This document shows, in pieces, positions 51,964 to 61,670 of a DNA stretch of 64,000 nt. Position 1 is the stretch's first letter; the number at the start of each line of letters is the position of its first letter. The DNA lies in NCBI GenBank assembly GCA_964569425.1, contig CAZMVD010000006.1:4508-68507 (forward strand). The letters are read 5' to 3'. The position numbers and the translations under genes are program-made. The notes below the pieces were generated by a model. It was not told the DNA's origin and ran no database searches. It saw only the letters and a program-made list of their open reading frames with translations. Origin of the DNA: an uncultured Phycisphaeraceae bacterium. GTDB taxonomy: Bacteria; Planctomycetota; Phycisphaerae; UBA1845.

Positions 51964-53001
51964 TCAAGGCACCGGCGTATCATCCTCCGGCAGGGGCTCC
52001 TCCGGCGGCGGCATGGGCGCCCTTTCGCGTCGCCGATCGCCGCGCGGTTCCTCCCATGGCTCATCGAATTCCATTCGATCGTTCACCGCCTTTTCGATGA
52101 TCTGATCGCGCATCCGCGCCGCCTCGGCCTGGCGCTGACGCAATTCGCCGATCCGCGCCTCCAGTTCGTGGATCTCCATCTCCCGGCGCCGGTGCCGAAC
52201 GTCGAACTGCCGGGTGCACAGTTCATGCATTCGTTGGCGCACCCGATCGAGGTCCGGGTTGTCGGCGCGGCGGACTCGCCCGGACAACATGCGGATTTCC
52301 ATGTCAAGCCGTCGCTCCTCAATCATCAGCCCGCCGCGCTCCGGATTCTCGGCCAATTGATCCATCAAGCCGCGCATCTCCGGCGCCAGCCGCATCATAC
52401 GCTGTTGAAACCGCTCGGGACTGCGTTCCTGGAGTCGCTCCAGTTCCTCGTACATCCGCGGAAAATGCTCCACCATGAACGCTTGAACCTCGGCGCGCTC
52501 CTCTTCCGAAAGGCGCGACCACAACGGTGGCGGACCGCCGCCCGGCCTGCGATCCGGCCGGCCGGCACGCAACCCGGCGCCCGCTCGATCGCGCTCGCGC
52601 TGGCGCGGCAAATCCGACTGGGCCAACAGGCCGCCGCGGTCCGTTCGTCGCGGTGTGCCCGCGCGATCACCGCGCCTGGCGCCCGCGCCTCTGGCGTCGC
52701 TCCGCTCGCGTGCCCGCGGAACCATGTCGTCGCGTGCCGCCGCGCCGTCGCGCCCGAGTCGCTCGCGTCGCTGCACACGCAGCGCATCGCAATCCGCGGG
52801 GTCGCACGGCGGCAGTTGGTCGCGCCGCTGCCGGCGAACGCGGTCGCGCTGCGCCCGATCTTGCGTCGCGGTTGCGTCGGGCGGCGGACCCGGCTGTGAC
52901 GGCGCCGCCAGCCCCAGTGCGCCGATCGCCAGCACCGCGGTCGCCCACGTAGCCCCGCGCGCCCGACCATTCGGAAAAATTCGTTTCGTTTTCATTGTCA
53001 T
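51964..53001 (-). CDS. Secreted Arg/Glu-rich helical protein (Spy/CpxP-like third gene of an ECF module, tentative)
   Basis: Signal-like ATWATAVLAIGALGLAAPSQ. The C-terminal half is heptad-like: EERAEVQAFMVEHFPRMYEELERLQERSPERFQQRMMRL... Confidence 0.6.
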   Translation of the reverse strand: MTMKTKRIFPNGRARGATWATAVLAIGALGLAAPSQPGPPPDATATQDRAQRDRVRRQRRDQLPPCDPADCDALRVQRRERLGRDGAAARDDMVPRARERSDARGAGARRGDRAGTPRRTDRGGLLAQSDLPRQRERDRAGAGLRAGRPDRRPGGGPPPLWSRLSEEERAEVQAFMVEHFPRMYEELERLQERSPERFQQRMMRLAPEMRGLMDQLAENPERGGLMIEERRLDMEIRMLSGRVRRADNPDLDRVRQRMHELCTRQFDVRHRRREMEIHELEARIGELRQRQAEAARMRDQIIEKAVNDRMEFDEPWEEPRGDRRRERAPMPPPEEPLPEDDTPVP

Positions 53002-53031
53002 TCTCCTCGATTCTCCGGCGAAAGCCGTGCC

Positions 53032-53601
53032 TTACGACCAGTCGTCGTCGAGCGGCTCCCGCGTCCATTCGTCGAGGGCTTGCTCAAGGTCCTCGTACTC
53101 CGCCTCGCTTCCGATCAACGACGAGCGCTCGCCGATCCGAAGTTCCAGCGCCAGCAAATCGTCCGTCACTCCCTGGAGTGACACAGTAATGGCATCTTCC
53201 TCGAACGCTTCGAAGGCTGAAACCACCGGCAGTTCCGCCGCCTGTGCCGTCTCCCGGCCGGGCAGCCACACGCCCGCGGCCAGCACCGCCGCCGCGGCGC
53301 TCAACCCCAGCGCCCACCTCACGGGCCGCCGCATGCGCTTTTGCGCCGAGCCCCGCAGCTCGGGAAGGGCGAGAGCCGCCCCGGTCCCCCACTCGCGGCG
53401 CACCGCCACGCGCACGCGATCCACCAGCCCCGGCGGCGCTGCCGCGACGCCCAGGCGGTCTGCCAGCCAGATTTCATCCTGTGCCATTCGCGATCGTTGT
53501 CCGATCGCCACCAGATCAACAGTGTCATGCTCGTGACACTGATCAGCGAACCAGCGCTCCAGCGCCGCGATCTCTTCAAGCTGTCGGTCTTCGCCGTTCA
53601 T
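53032..53601 (-). CDS. Putative anti-sigma factor (single-pass membrane protein)
   Basis: Its ATG overlaps the sigma gene stop in ATGA (53598-53601). Central TM VRWALGLSAAAAVLAAGVWL. Confidence 0.6.
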   Translation of the reverse strand: MNGEDRQLEEIAALERWFADQCHEHDTVDLVAIGQRSRMAQDEIWLADRLGVAAAPPGLVDRVRVAVRREWGTGAALALPELRGSAQKRMRRPVRWALGLSAAAAVLAAGVWLPGRETAQAAELPVVSAFEAFEEDAITVSLQGVTDDLLALELRIGERSSLIGSEAEYEDLEQALDEWTREPLDDDWS

Positions 53602-54167
53602 GGCTTCCGCTCCATCCACGCTCGCAGCTTGCTCAAGCCGCGGTGCCCCCGCGCCAGCGCCGTGCCCAGGGGCGTGTCCATCAATTCGGCGATTTCCGCA
53701 AAGCTCAACTCGCCGTAGTGACGCAGCAGGATCACCTCACGCTCTCCATCGGGCAGGCGATCGATCCCCGCTTGCAGCCGCTCCCGATCTTCTCCCTCAT
53801 CCTCTCCCTTTGCCCGGCGAGCCGGACCTTCGTCAGCGGTCTGAATTTCCTCGTTCCCGCCGAGCGAAGCGATCGGCGGCGTTCGCCGAATGCGACGGAA
53901 CCGGTCCCGAGCCAGGTTCGAAGCAATCCGGAACAACCACGGCTCAAAACGGTCCTCGTGCCGGTATTGCCCGAACATGCGAACCAACCGCACAAAAACC
54001 TCCTGCACCAGGTCCTCCGCATCCTCGCGGTGGCCCGTAAGGCGAAACAGGAATCCATAAAGCCTTGGCGCATAAATCTCTACCACCGCATCGAAAGCCG
54101 ATGCGTCCTTCTGTTGGGCCCTGCGGATCAGCGTTTCCAATGTCTCGACCGCCATAAGGGGCTCCAT
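53598..54167 (-). CDS. ECF-type RNA polymerase sigma-70 family factor
   Basis: REDAEDLVQEVFVRLVRMF, FEPWLFRIASNLARDRFRR, LSFAEIAELMDTPLGTALARGHRGLSKLRAWM. Confidence 0.9.
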   Translation of the reverse strand: MEPLMAVETLETLIRRAQQKDASAFDAVVEIYAPRLYGFLFRLTGHREDAEDLVQEVFVRLVRMFGQYRHEDRFEPWLFRIASNLARDRFRRIRRTPPIASLGGNEEIQTADEGPARRAKGEDEGEDRERLQAGIDRLPDGEREVILLRHYGELSFAEIAELMDTPLGTALARGHRGLSKLRAWMERKP

Positions 54168-54519
54168 CAGGGTTAACGCATCAGCCGGTCAGCCATTGCC
54201 GGGGGAAGGCCCGCGAAACGCGGGTGTTACAAGAACTGACCCCGCCAAACCGTAACTGGCTCTCGGACTTAGACCGTCAGGCAAGAGTGGCCGTGACTCA
54301 TCGGATCATGCAACGCGACGACTCCGCTGATTCTACCCGGCCGGGTCGCTTTACCTCCTTGTTGGACCCATACAGTGGCCGGGTTGCGTTAGACGCTGAT
54401 GGGGCTATACTGGCCCGACTCGGCTCCGATCCGCGTTGCGCACGTGGGTGTCGGCTCGTTTGGGATTGGTCCCGGCTGTTCGGTCGAGTTGCTTTGATCG
54501 ACGTAGGCGGAGGTGCGGC

Positions 54520-54807
54520 ATGGCACGTGTTTGTTATTTCACCGGCAAGAAGACCCGTTCGGGCAACTCGGTGTCCCGTCGCGGCAAGGCCAAGTATCTC
54601 GGCGGCGTCGGGCGCAAGACGACCGGTATCTCCAAGCGCAAGTTCAAGCCGAATATCCAGCGCGTTCGCGCCGTGATCGACGGGCGGGTCTGCCGCATCG
54701 CCGTGTCCGCCAAGGCCATCCGCATGGGACTGGTCATCAAACCGCTCAAACGCGATTGGAAGTCCGCCGAGCATGCGACCTCCGGCGCCGAATCCGCAGA
54801 GTCCTGA
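54520..54807 (+). CDS. rpmB: 50S ribosomal protein L28
   Basis: [19 protein letters not shown]...[13 protein letters not shown]...[12 protein letters not shown] ggcggaggtg before the ATG at 54520. The track ORF starts too early. Confidence 0.88.
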   Translation: MARVCYFTGKKTRSGNSVSRRGKAKYLGGVGRKTTGISKRKFKPNIQRVRAVIDGRVCRIAVSAKAIRMGLVIKPLKRDWKSAEHATSGAESAES

Positions 54808-54933
54808 CCCGTCCCCCACGGCAGGGCGATTCCGGGTATTGTCCGGACCATTCGTACGATCTTCCCATAAGATACGCTTGGCACGGCGTTGAAACGTCGG
54901 GCTATGTTCGCCGTTGCACCGAGGCAGGCAATC

Positions 54934-55431
54934 ATGCGCGCTGACGGAAGACGCGTGGTACTCCTGGTCGGCGGCGCATTCGCGGTCGCCGCGATCATCT
55001 CTCTCTGGATCGCGCGCGAGCCCACCGTGCCGCTCTCCGCGGAAACCCTGCGCGCCGCGCGCCAACTGTGGAAACAGGCGGCGCTCCGCGATTACGACCT
55101 CTCCTTTTTCATGCACGCCAGCCGCTACGACGTCCAGGTGCGTGATGGCATCGTCCGCGACCTGCGGGTCAACGGGCAGATGACTACGTCGGGTGACTGG
55201 GGGCTCTTCTCCATGGACGGCCTGTTCGACACCCTGGCCATGGAATTGGATAACCGCCATTCCGGCGAAGGCCCATTTGCCGCAGGACGGGAGGTTTCGT
55301 TACGGGCCCGGTTTCACCCCGCCCAGGGGTATGTGGAACGCTTTCTGCGCGGCGGCACGCGCGGCGCGTCCATCGAACTGATCTCGCTGACGCCCGCCAC
55401 CCAGGTCCAGGATGCACCGCCCGCCCCCTGA
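54934..55431 (+). CDS. Hypothetical membrane-anchored protein
   Basis: MRADGRRVVLLVGGAFAVAAIISLWIA N-terminal anchor. No motif recognised. Confidence 0.55.
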   Translation: MRADGRRVVLLVGGAFAVAAIISLWIAREPTVPLSAETLRAARQLWKQAALRDYDLSFFMHASRYDVQVRDGIVRDLRVNGQMTTSGDWGLFSMDGLFDTLAMELDNRHSGEGPFAAGREVSLRARFHPAQGYVERFLRGGTRGASIELISLTPATQVQDAPPAP

Positions 55432-55449
55432 ACCGGCAAGAATGATGGC

Positions 55450-55788
55450 TTATTCGGGCTGCGATTCGTCGGGATAGACGGCGCTCACCAGCACCTCAAA
55501 ACAATCGCGGCAAAGATCCTCTACGCAGCCGGAGTCCGGCTCCGCGCACGCGGCACAGGCGACCGCAATATCGCCGAGCAATTCCCCGACGGTGGCGCCA
55601 CCGTCGCGCGCCGCCACGATGGCCGGGCGCAGTTCCGCGACCTCACGATCGCTGAAGCCCGCGTCGCGGCACACCCCCGGCGCCGCGGGAACCGGCACAC
55701 ACGCGGAAGCCAACGCGGCCGCCAACGCCGCGCCTGAGAGCCTGAATCGCCGCGCGGGCCCTTTTGTCCAGTTTTTCGCACATCTCAT
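55450..55788 (-). CDS. Small Cys-rich hypothetical lipoprotein
   Basis: Signal/lipobox-like GAALAAALASAC. High GC at third codon positions in this frame. Confidence 0.45.
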   Translation of the reverse strand: MRCAKNWTKGPARRFRLSGAALAAALASACVPVPAAPGVCRDAGFSDREVAELRPAIVAARDGGATVGELLGDIAVACAACAEPDSGCVEDLCRDCFEVLVSAVYPDESQPE

Positions 55789-55918
55789 CTGCCGCAGCCT
55801 ACCTTCAACCTCTTGCCGGGGCGAGCGCCCGGACCTGTCGAGTGGTGGTCCTGATGGACCGGCTCTGCCGATACTTCCAAGGGTGCTCTACGCCAGGACA
55901 CGGCGCGACACGATCGTC

Positions 55919-58900
55919 ATGGATGACAACTTCGGAAAGCTCGTTGGTGGTGCGTTGCTGCTGACCGCGGCGTGCGGGATCGCGGCCCCTGTCGTCGCCC
56001 AGCCGCCGCCGATCCGCTTCGCCAATGTATCCGAAAGCCACGTGCAGCCCTTCGGCCCGACGTACCTCTACCGCATCGGGCGTTATGAAATCACCAACGA
56101 GGAGTTCGTCGTCTTTCTCAACGACGCCCGGGCCAACCCGCAAACGGACGGCGGGGCGTTTCTGTCCCACGACACCACCGCCGGGCGCGTGGCCCTCACC
56201 GGCGACGGAACGCTTGTGTTCGACGCGTCGGCAGGCGGCGCCATCAACTTCGACGCCGCGGCCGATGACGGGGCTGGTGCCTACCTGGTGGCAGCGGGAA
56301 AGGAACGCTTCCCCGTCGTCGGCGTTTCCTGGTACGGCGCGCTGAAGTTCTGCAACTGGCTCACACTGGCACAGGGGATGACCCAGCCGGATCAACGTGC
56401 CTATACCGAGGGCCCGACCGCCGCGGACTGGCGGCCGCGCACCGCCGACCCGGCCACCTACGCCACCAACAACCTGAGCGCCGCGGAGCGACAGGCGCTC
56501 GTCACCCAGTTTCGCGGCTTCCGACTACCCATGGATGATCGCGCCGCCGCCGCCGCTGCGTTCAACGAGTGGTACAAGGCCGCGGCGTGGCTCAACGGCC
56601 CGCGTATCAACACCGTCTACGGCTTCGGACGCGACACCCTCGCCGCGCCCGACGCCAACTACCGCGACAGCGGCGACCCCTGGGAAACGGGGCTGACGCC
56701 CGTCGGGTTTTTCGGCGTCAACGGCAACCGCGCGCACGATGATCCGGATTTCGGCTGGGGCTTCGAGCCGCCCGAGACGTTCCTGGTGCGTAACACCGCC
56801 AACGGATACGGACTGTTCGACCTGACCGGCAACGCCGCGGAGTGGGTGCAGGACTTCGGCGCGGCGGCGGGTGAGCGCGGCATCCGCGGCGGCCATTTCG
56901 ACAGTGTGATCGGTTCGCCGCTGCTGACGAACTCGGCGCGGGGCACACGCCCGGCGAACGCCGCTTCGCCGCAGGTGGGCTTCCGCATCGTACAGACGCC
57001 GGTGTCCGGCAGCATCGCCGCGGGTGCTTCCGTCGTGCGCATCGAAGGCTACGTGGGCGGCTCCTATTCGCCCGCCACCGTCGACGTGCAGATCAGCCAT
57101 ACGAGTCCGCAGGCGCTGGACGGGCTGGTCGTGCAGTCGTCCGCCGCGTGGCTGGTGGTGGATGGCAGCGCGCCGACCTTTGCGCCGCCGGCTAATGCCA
57201 CGTTGGTGACACTCACCGTCAAGGATGACGCCCTGCCCACTCCGCCGGCGGCTCCCGCGCCGCCGGGAAACTTCGCGTTGGTTCCCGCGACGGACGCCCA
57301 ATCCGGCGGCCCCGACTACGATTACTGGATCGCGCGCGCGGAGGTCACCAACGCTGAATTCGCGGCCTTTCTCAACGATGCCCGAACCAACGCCGCCGGC
57401 CCCGCGCCCGATGCCCGCAGCACCCACATGTATTTCGATACCGATTCGGGCGACGTGTACCTGCACGACCGCGCCGCCGGCGAAATCGGCACCGCCGCGC
57501 CCACGCCGACCATCGTCACCAAATTCTACGACGCCACCATCGGACGCATCCGGTTTTCTAACGGTGCCTACGTCGTGACACCCGGCTACCAAGATCATCC
57601 GGTGGTCGGCGTGAGCTGGTTCGGTGCGGTCAAATACTGCAACTGGCGCTCATTGAAAGAGGGCATTCCCGCCGACCTGCTCGCGTATGCCGAAGCGCCC
57701 AGCCCGAACCTCAGCGCATGGCGCCCCAACACCGCGGACGATATCTCGTGGGCGCCGGGGGGCTTTGTCCCTGCCGCGCGCGATCGCCTGGTCCGCGATA
57801 CGCTCGGCTATCGCTTGCCCATGGACGACGAGAGCGCCGCCGCGGCTGCGTTCAACGAATGGCACAAGGCCGCTTCCTACCGCGGACTGGACAGCGCCGG
57901 CGTGCCGACCTTCGGCGCCACATTCGGATTCGGACGCGATACGCTCACCACGTCCGACGCCAACTTCGCCGGCAGCGGGGCGAACGCCGCGGACGGCACC
58001 ACGCCGGTCGATTACTTTGACGGCGTGCGGGCGCTCTTCGTTGCGCCGAGCGCTTGCGACATTCGAAATCCGCCGACCACGCGAACCAACGCCACCGAAA
58101 ACGGCTACGCGCTGCTCGGCGCTGCAGGCAACGTCGCCGAATGGATGCAGGACTTCGGCGCCGCCGCCAGCGAACGCGGCACGCGCGGCGGCAGTTGGCG
58201 CGACCCGGTCGATTCCGCGTTGTTGACCACAACCGCCCGCGGTTCGCGCCCCGCGGATCTTCCGGCCGACGACGTGGGCTTTCGCATCGTCCGCGGCACC
58301 GGCCACCTTACTACGGTCACTATTACCGAAAGCGTCTTTGGCGGAGTAGCGCGCCGGCACTTTCTCTTTGACCTTCGCGAGCCGCTGGAGTTCACGCCGC
58401 GCATTGATCCCCAGTTTTCCTGGCTGTATCGCAACGGCTACGCTCCCACCGGATATGCCTTCAGCTTCACCAACCACTCCGCCGCGGACATGGACTGGAA
58501 ACTGGCCGTCGATGCCGACTGGCTGCACGCAGCCGTCGCCGGCGCCGGTCCGCCCGATCGGGAAGTCAGCGGGACGATTGCGCCGGGAACAACGCTTGGC
58601 GCGGCCGTGCTGACCAACGTCGCCGCCCAAACGCTCCCTCCCGGTGAGCACGTCGCTACCCTCACCCTCACCAACGAAACCAGCGGCACCATGCTGACCC
58701 GCAAGGTTCGCGTCACCGTTTCGCCGCCTCTGCAACTGGCCTCCGACGCGCCTGATCCGCTTCCGTTCACCGGCCTGCCCGGCGGTCCTTTTGCCATCCA
58801 CGAGGGCACGCCGCAATCATCGCTGCTGCGCAACTACACACTCTCCGGCCTCGTGGATTTTCCGCTGGACTATGGGATCACGGTCAACCGCCCGTGGCTG

Positions 58901-61009
58901 ACGATTGAACCGGCGGACGAGCTGACCGGCACGCTCTCACCCGGTGCGACACTTCCTCTCACCGTCGCGACCAACGGCGAAGCCGCCACCCTGCCCGTGG
59001 GTACGCACACCGCGCAATTGCGCGTCGGTTTCACCGATCCGGCCAACGGCGAGGGTGCGGGCAGCGTTGTTCAGCCGGTCACGCTCATCGTCCGCGACTG
59101 GCTGACCGTGACTCAACCGGCGGAACCCTGGTCGATCCCCTTCGCCAACGGCGCGGCCGTGGGGTCTGCGCAAACCTACCGCATCAGCAATCCCTCGGGG
59201 CCGCCCATCGAAGTGGCGATTTGCGCCGACGCCGACTGGCTCGACGTCTCACCCGACTTTGTCGAGGTTTTTCCCGGCGAGGTTGCGGACGTGATTCTCA
59301 GTGTCAACAACGCGGCACTTGAGCTGCTGGACGGCGATTTCCGCGCCAACGTCGTTTTCGAAAATGCGCTCACCGGCGTGCAGCACCTGCGGCGCGTCGA
59401 ACTGCTGATCGACGAGGATTTCTTCGTTCTGCCCGCCCAATCGACCGTCGCGCGCGGCGTTGCGGGCGGGTTGATCCTTCCGCCGGGAACCGTCTACTCG
59501 CTGGTCAACGCCTCCGGCGCCGCCGCGAACTGGACCGCCGCCGTTACCTACGCCGCGGGCAGCGGCTCCGGCTGGCTGCGCGTCAACGGACAAAGCAGCG
59601 CGGCCGGCTCGATAGCGACCGATGAAACGCAGAACCTCGTGGTCAGCATCGACCCTGCACAAACCGCCGCCCTATCCGCCGGAACCCATCAGGCCACCGT
59701 CAACATTCTCGATACCACCCATGGGCGTTCCTTCGACCGCACGGTGTCGGTGACGCTCTTGGTGCCGGCGCTATCGGTGGAGGAGGTGGTTGTTCCGGCC
59801 ACGCCGGCGCAGCCGAATGGTCCGGCTTACTCTTTCGCGATGGGTCGATTCGAAGTCACCAACGCCGAGTTCGTTACTTTTCTCAACGACGCCCTGGCCA
59901 ACCCGGCCAACGAGCGCGGCGCCTACCTGTTCTTCGACTCCCTCACCGGCGACGTGTACGCCAACTACGATGCACTGGGCGAAGTCGCCGCCGGCCCCGG
60001 CACACGGACCGTCAAACTCTTTTCGCCGTCGGCCGGCGGACAGATTACCCTCAACGGCACCGCGTATGCCCTGAACACCGCCCCGCTCGATTACACCAGC
60101 CACCCCGTCACCGGCGTGAGCTGGTACGGCGCGCTCAAGTTTTGCAATTGGCTCACCATCGATCAGGGCCTGTTTCCCGCGGATCGGTGTTACCACGAAG
60201 CCAGCGCCTGGACCATCAACGCCTGGCGCCCCGTCTCGGTCAGCGAAGCCGCCTGGGCCTCGCGCGACCTGATCGACAGCGAGCGACAAGCGCTTGTCAC
60301 TACCTGCCGCGGCTTTCGACTGCCCATGGACGACGGCTACCACAACCCCGACCCCGCGACCGACGCCGCCGACGCTTACAACGAATGGTACAAGGCGGCC
60401 GCCTGGCAACCGGCAAACGGGGTCAACCGCCTGTTCGGCTTCGGGCGCGACGTGCTCACCGTCACCGGCCCCAACGCCGGCCGCGACGCCAACTTCCGCT
60501 GCAGCGGCGATCCGTTCGAAATCCCGCTCGACTGCATGGTGGGCGGCTCGACCCCGGTCGGGTACTACGGCGGCACGAATCAGTCAGCCGCGTACGTCGC
60601 GCTGCCCAATGCCAACGCCTTCGGCCTTTTCGACCTCTCCGGCAATGTCTACGAGTGGATGCAGGGCCGCTACAGCACCCAGTCGGGCAACCTTGCCCAT
60701 CGCACCGTCCGCGGCGGAAGCTGGAACGACCCCGCCGCCGGCGCCGCCCTGCGCAACACCGCGCGAACCTTCGCACCGGTCGCCTTCACCAGCGCCCAGA
60801 TCGGCTTCCGCGTCGTCCGCACGCTCCCCGCCGACGGCGACATTGACCGCGACGGCGACGTGGATCTGGTGGACTTCTTGCTGATGGGTGCACAATTCAG
60901 CGGCCCGGGCGGCGCGCCCGCGACGGCGTGGTCGGCCTTCGATCTCGACGGCGACGGCGATATCGACCTCGCCGACTTCGCCGCCTTTCAGAGCCTATAT
61001 TCCGGCTAG
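55919..61009 (+). CDS. Giant (1696 aa) secreted protein with three FGE/SUMF1-fold domains, Ig-like spacer domains and a C-terminal dockerin/EF-hand-like pair
   Basis: Start MDDNFGKLVGGALLLTAACGIAAPVVAQ. Three occurrences each of (E/Y)(I/V)TN(E/A)EF..FLND, VSW(Y/F)GA(L/V)K(F/Y)CNW, (F/Y)RLPMDD, NEW(Y/H)KAA, G(L/A)(F/L)(D/G)..GN(A/V).EW(V/M)Q, RGG(H/S)(F/W) and (V/I)GFR(I/V)V. The protein ends DGDIDRDGDVDLVDFLL...DLDGDGDIDLADFAAFQSLYSG. Confidence 0.88.
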   Translation: MDDNFGKLVGGALLLTAACGIAAPVVAQPPPIRFANVSESHVQPFGPTYLYRIGRYEITNEEFVVFLNDARANPQTDGGAFLSHDTTAGRVALTGDGTLVFDASAGGAINFDAAADDGAGAYLVAAGKERFPVVGVSWYGALKFCNWLTLAQGMTQPDQRAYTEGPTAADWRPRTADPATYATNNLSAAERQALVTQFRGFRLPMDDRAAAAAAFNEWYKAAAWLNGPRINTVYGFGRDTLAAPDANYRDSGDPWETGLTPVGFFGVNGNRAHDDPDFGWGFEPPETFLVRNTANGYGLFDLTGNAAEWVQDFGAAAGERGIRGGHFDSVIGSPLLTNSARGTRPANAASPQVGFRIVQTPVSGSIAAGASVVRIEGYVGGSYSPATVDVQISHTSPQALDGLVVQSSAAWLVVDGSAPTFAPPANATLVTLTVKDDALPTPPAAPAPPGNFALVPATDAQSGGPDYDYWIARAEVTNAEFAAFLNDARTNAAGPAPDARSTHMYFDTDSGDVYLHDRAAGEIGTAAPTPTIVTKFYDATIGRIRFSNGAYVVTPGYQDHPVVGVSWFGAVKYCNWRSLKEGIPADLLAYAEAPSPNLSAWRPNTADDISWAPGGFVPAARDRLVRDTLGYRLPMDDESAAAAAFNEWHKAASYRGLDSAGVPTFGATFGFGRDTLTTSDANFAGSGANAADGTTPVDYFDGVRALFVAPSACDIRNPPTTRTNATENGYALLGAAGNVAEWMQDFGAAASERGTRGGSWRDPVDSALLTTTARGSRPADLPADDVGFRIVRGTGHLTTVTITESVFGGVARRHFLFDLREPLEFTPRIDPQFSWLYRNGYAPTGYAFSFTNHSAADMDWKLAVDADWLHAAVAGAGPPDREVSGTIAPGTTLGAAVLTNVAAQTLPPGEHVATLTLTNETSGTMLTRKVRVTVSPPLQLASDAPDPLPFTGLPGGPFAIHEGTPQSSLLRNYTLSGLVDFPLDYGITVNRPWLTIEPADELTGTLSPGATLPLTVATNGEAATLPVGTHTAQLRVGFTDPANGEGAGSVVQPVTLIVRDWLTVTQPAEPWSIPFANGAAVGSAQTYRISNPSGPPIEVAICADADWLDVSPDFVEVFPGEVADVILSVNNAALELLDGDFRANVVFENALTGVQHLRRVELLIDEDFFVLPAQSTVARGVAGGLILPPGTVYSLVNASGAAANWTAAVTYAAGSGSGWLRVNGQSSAAGSIATDETQNLVVSIDPAQTAALSAGTHQATVNILDTTHGRSFDRTVSVTLLVPALSVEEVVVPATPAQPNGPAYSFAMGRFEVTNAEFVTFLNDALANPANERGAYLFFDSLTGDVYANYDALGEVAAGPGTRTVKLFSPSAGGQITLNGTAYALNTAPLDYTSHPVTGVSWYGALKFCNWLTIDQGLFPADRCYHEASAWTINAWRPVSVSEAAWASRDLIDSERQALVTTCRGFRLPMDDGYHNPDPATDAADAYNEWYKAAAWQPANGVNRLFGFGRDVLTVTGPNAGRDANFRCSGDPFEIPLDCMVGGSTPVGYYGGTNQSAAYVALPNANAFGLFDLSGNVYEWMQGRYSTQSGNLAHRTVRGGSWNDPAAGAALRNTARTFAPVAFTSAQIGFRVVRTLPADGDIDRDGDVDLVDFLLMGAQFSGPGGAPATAWSAFDLDGDGDIDLADFAAFQSLYSG

Positions 61010-61111
61010 GTACCGAACCGCGCCGCACGTAGCGGCCATGCCGGAAAATGCCATGGCGTGTCACAACTTCCGCCCGAAAGGGACTCTGCCGAAAACCTTT
61101 CGCCCGCTGTA

Positions 61112-61624
61112 TTACCTTGACTTGGGGTGCAGCCGCTCTTCCAGCTTCTGCGCCACGTCCAGCGGCACCAGCCGCACCAGGTGCTCCGGATCGTAATTGC
61201 CGATCTCCACGATCTGCCGGATCAACGTGCTCGAAGTGAGAATGTGCTGCCCGCTGGTGAGCAGAAACACCGTTTCGATGTCGCCGATGATCCGGTTGGT
61301 CATGGCGATTTCCAGCTCCGCGTGCAGGTCGACCGTGTCGCGGATGCCGCGCAGAATCACCCCCGCGCCGATCTGCCGCGCGAATTCCACCGTCAGTCCC
61401 GCATAGGTCAGCACCTCGATGTTCTTTAAGTCCGCGGTGTGCTCCAGCAACATGGCCTTGCGCTCTTCGGGCGTAAACACCTGCGCTTTTAACGGGTTGT
61501 CCCCGATGGCCACGATCAGGTGCTTGTACAGGCGCGACGCCCGGCGGATGATATCCAGGTGGCCGTGCGTCACCGGGTCGAACATGCCCGGAAACATCAC
61601 ACGATCGACGGAGTTGTGGAGCAT
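61112..61624 (-). CDS. coaD: Phosphopantetheine adenylyltransferase
   Basis: FPGMFDPVTHGHLDIIRRA, IVAIGDNP, ILRGIR...D...E..MA..N, SST.IR. Confidence 0.9.
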   Translation of the reverse strand: MLHNSVDRVMFPGMFDPVTHGHLDIIRRASRLYKHLIVAIGDNPLKAQVFTPEERKAMLLEHTADLKNIEVLTYAGLTVEFARQIGAGVILRGIRDTVDLHAELEIAMTNRIIGDIETVFLLTSGQHILTSSTLIRQIVEIGNYDPEHLVRLVPLDVAQKLEERLHPKSR

Positions 61625-61670
61625 AGAGAATCCTCCGGCGCCGCATCATCGCCGCGCCCCGCGGATCATG

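Noticed and set aside
51550-53536. Plus-strand ORFs 51550-52899 (449 aa) and 52655-53536 (293 aa)
   Set aside because: They are antisense to the ECF-module genes. The minus-strand frames give a signal peptide, a TM anchor and ATGA coupling to the sigma gene.
56525-58816. Minus-strand ORFs 56525-57598 (357 aa) and 57650-58816 (388 aa)
   Set aside because: They are antisense to the triple-FGE protein gene.
55919-61009. Diversity-generating retroelement target, since the FGE/C-type-lectin fold is the classic DGR variable-protein fold
   Set aside because: There is no reverse transcriptase gene in the window. I found no near-identical template/variable repeat pair with adenine-specific differences among the three domain C-termini, which are diverged throughout.
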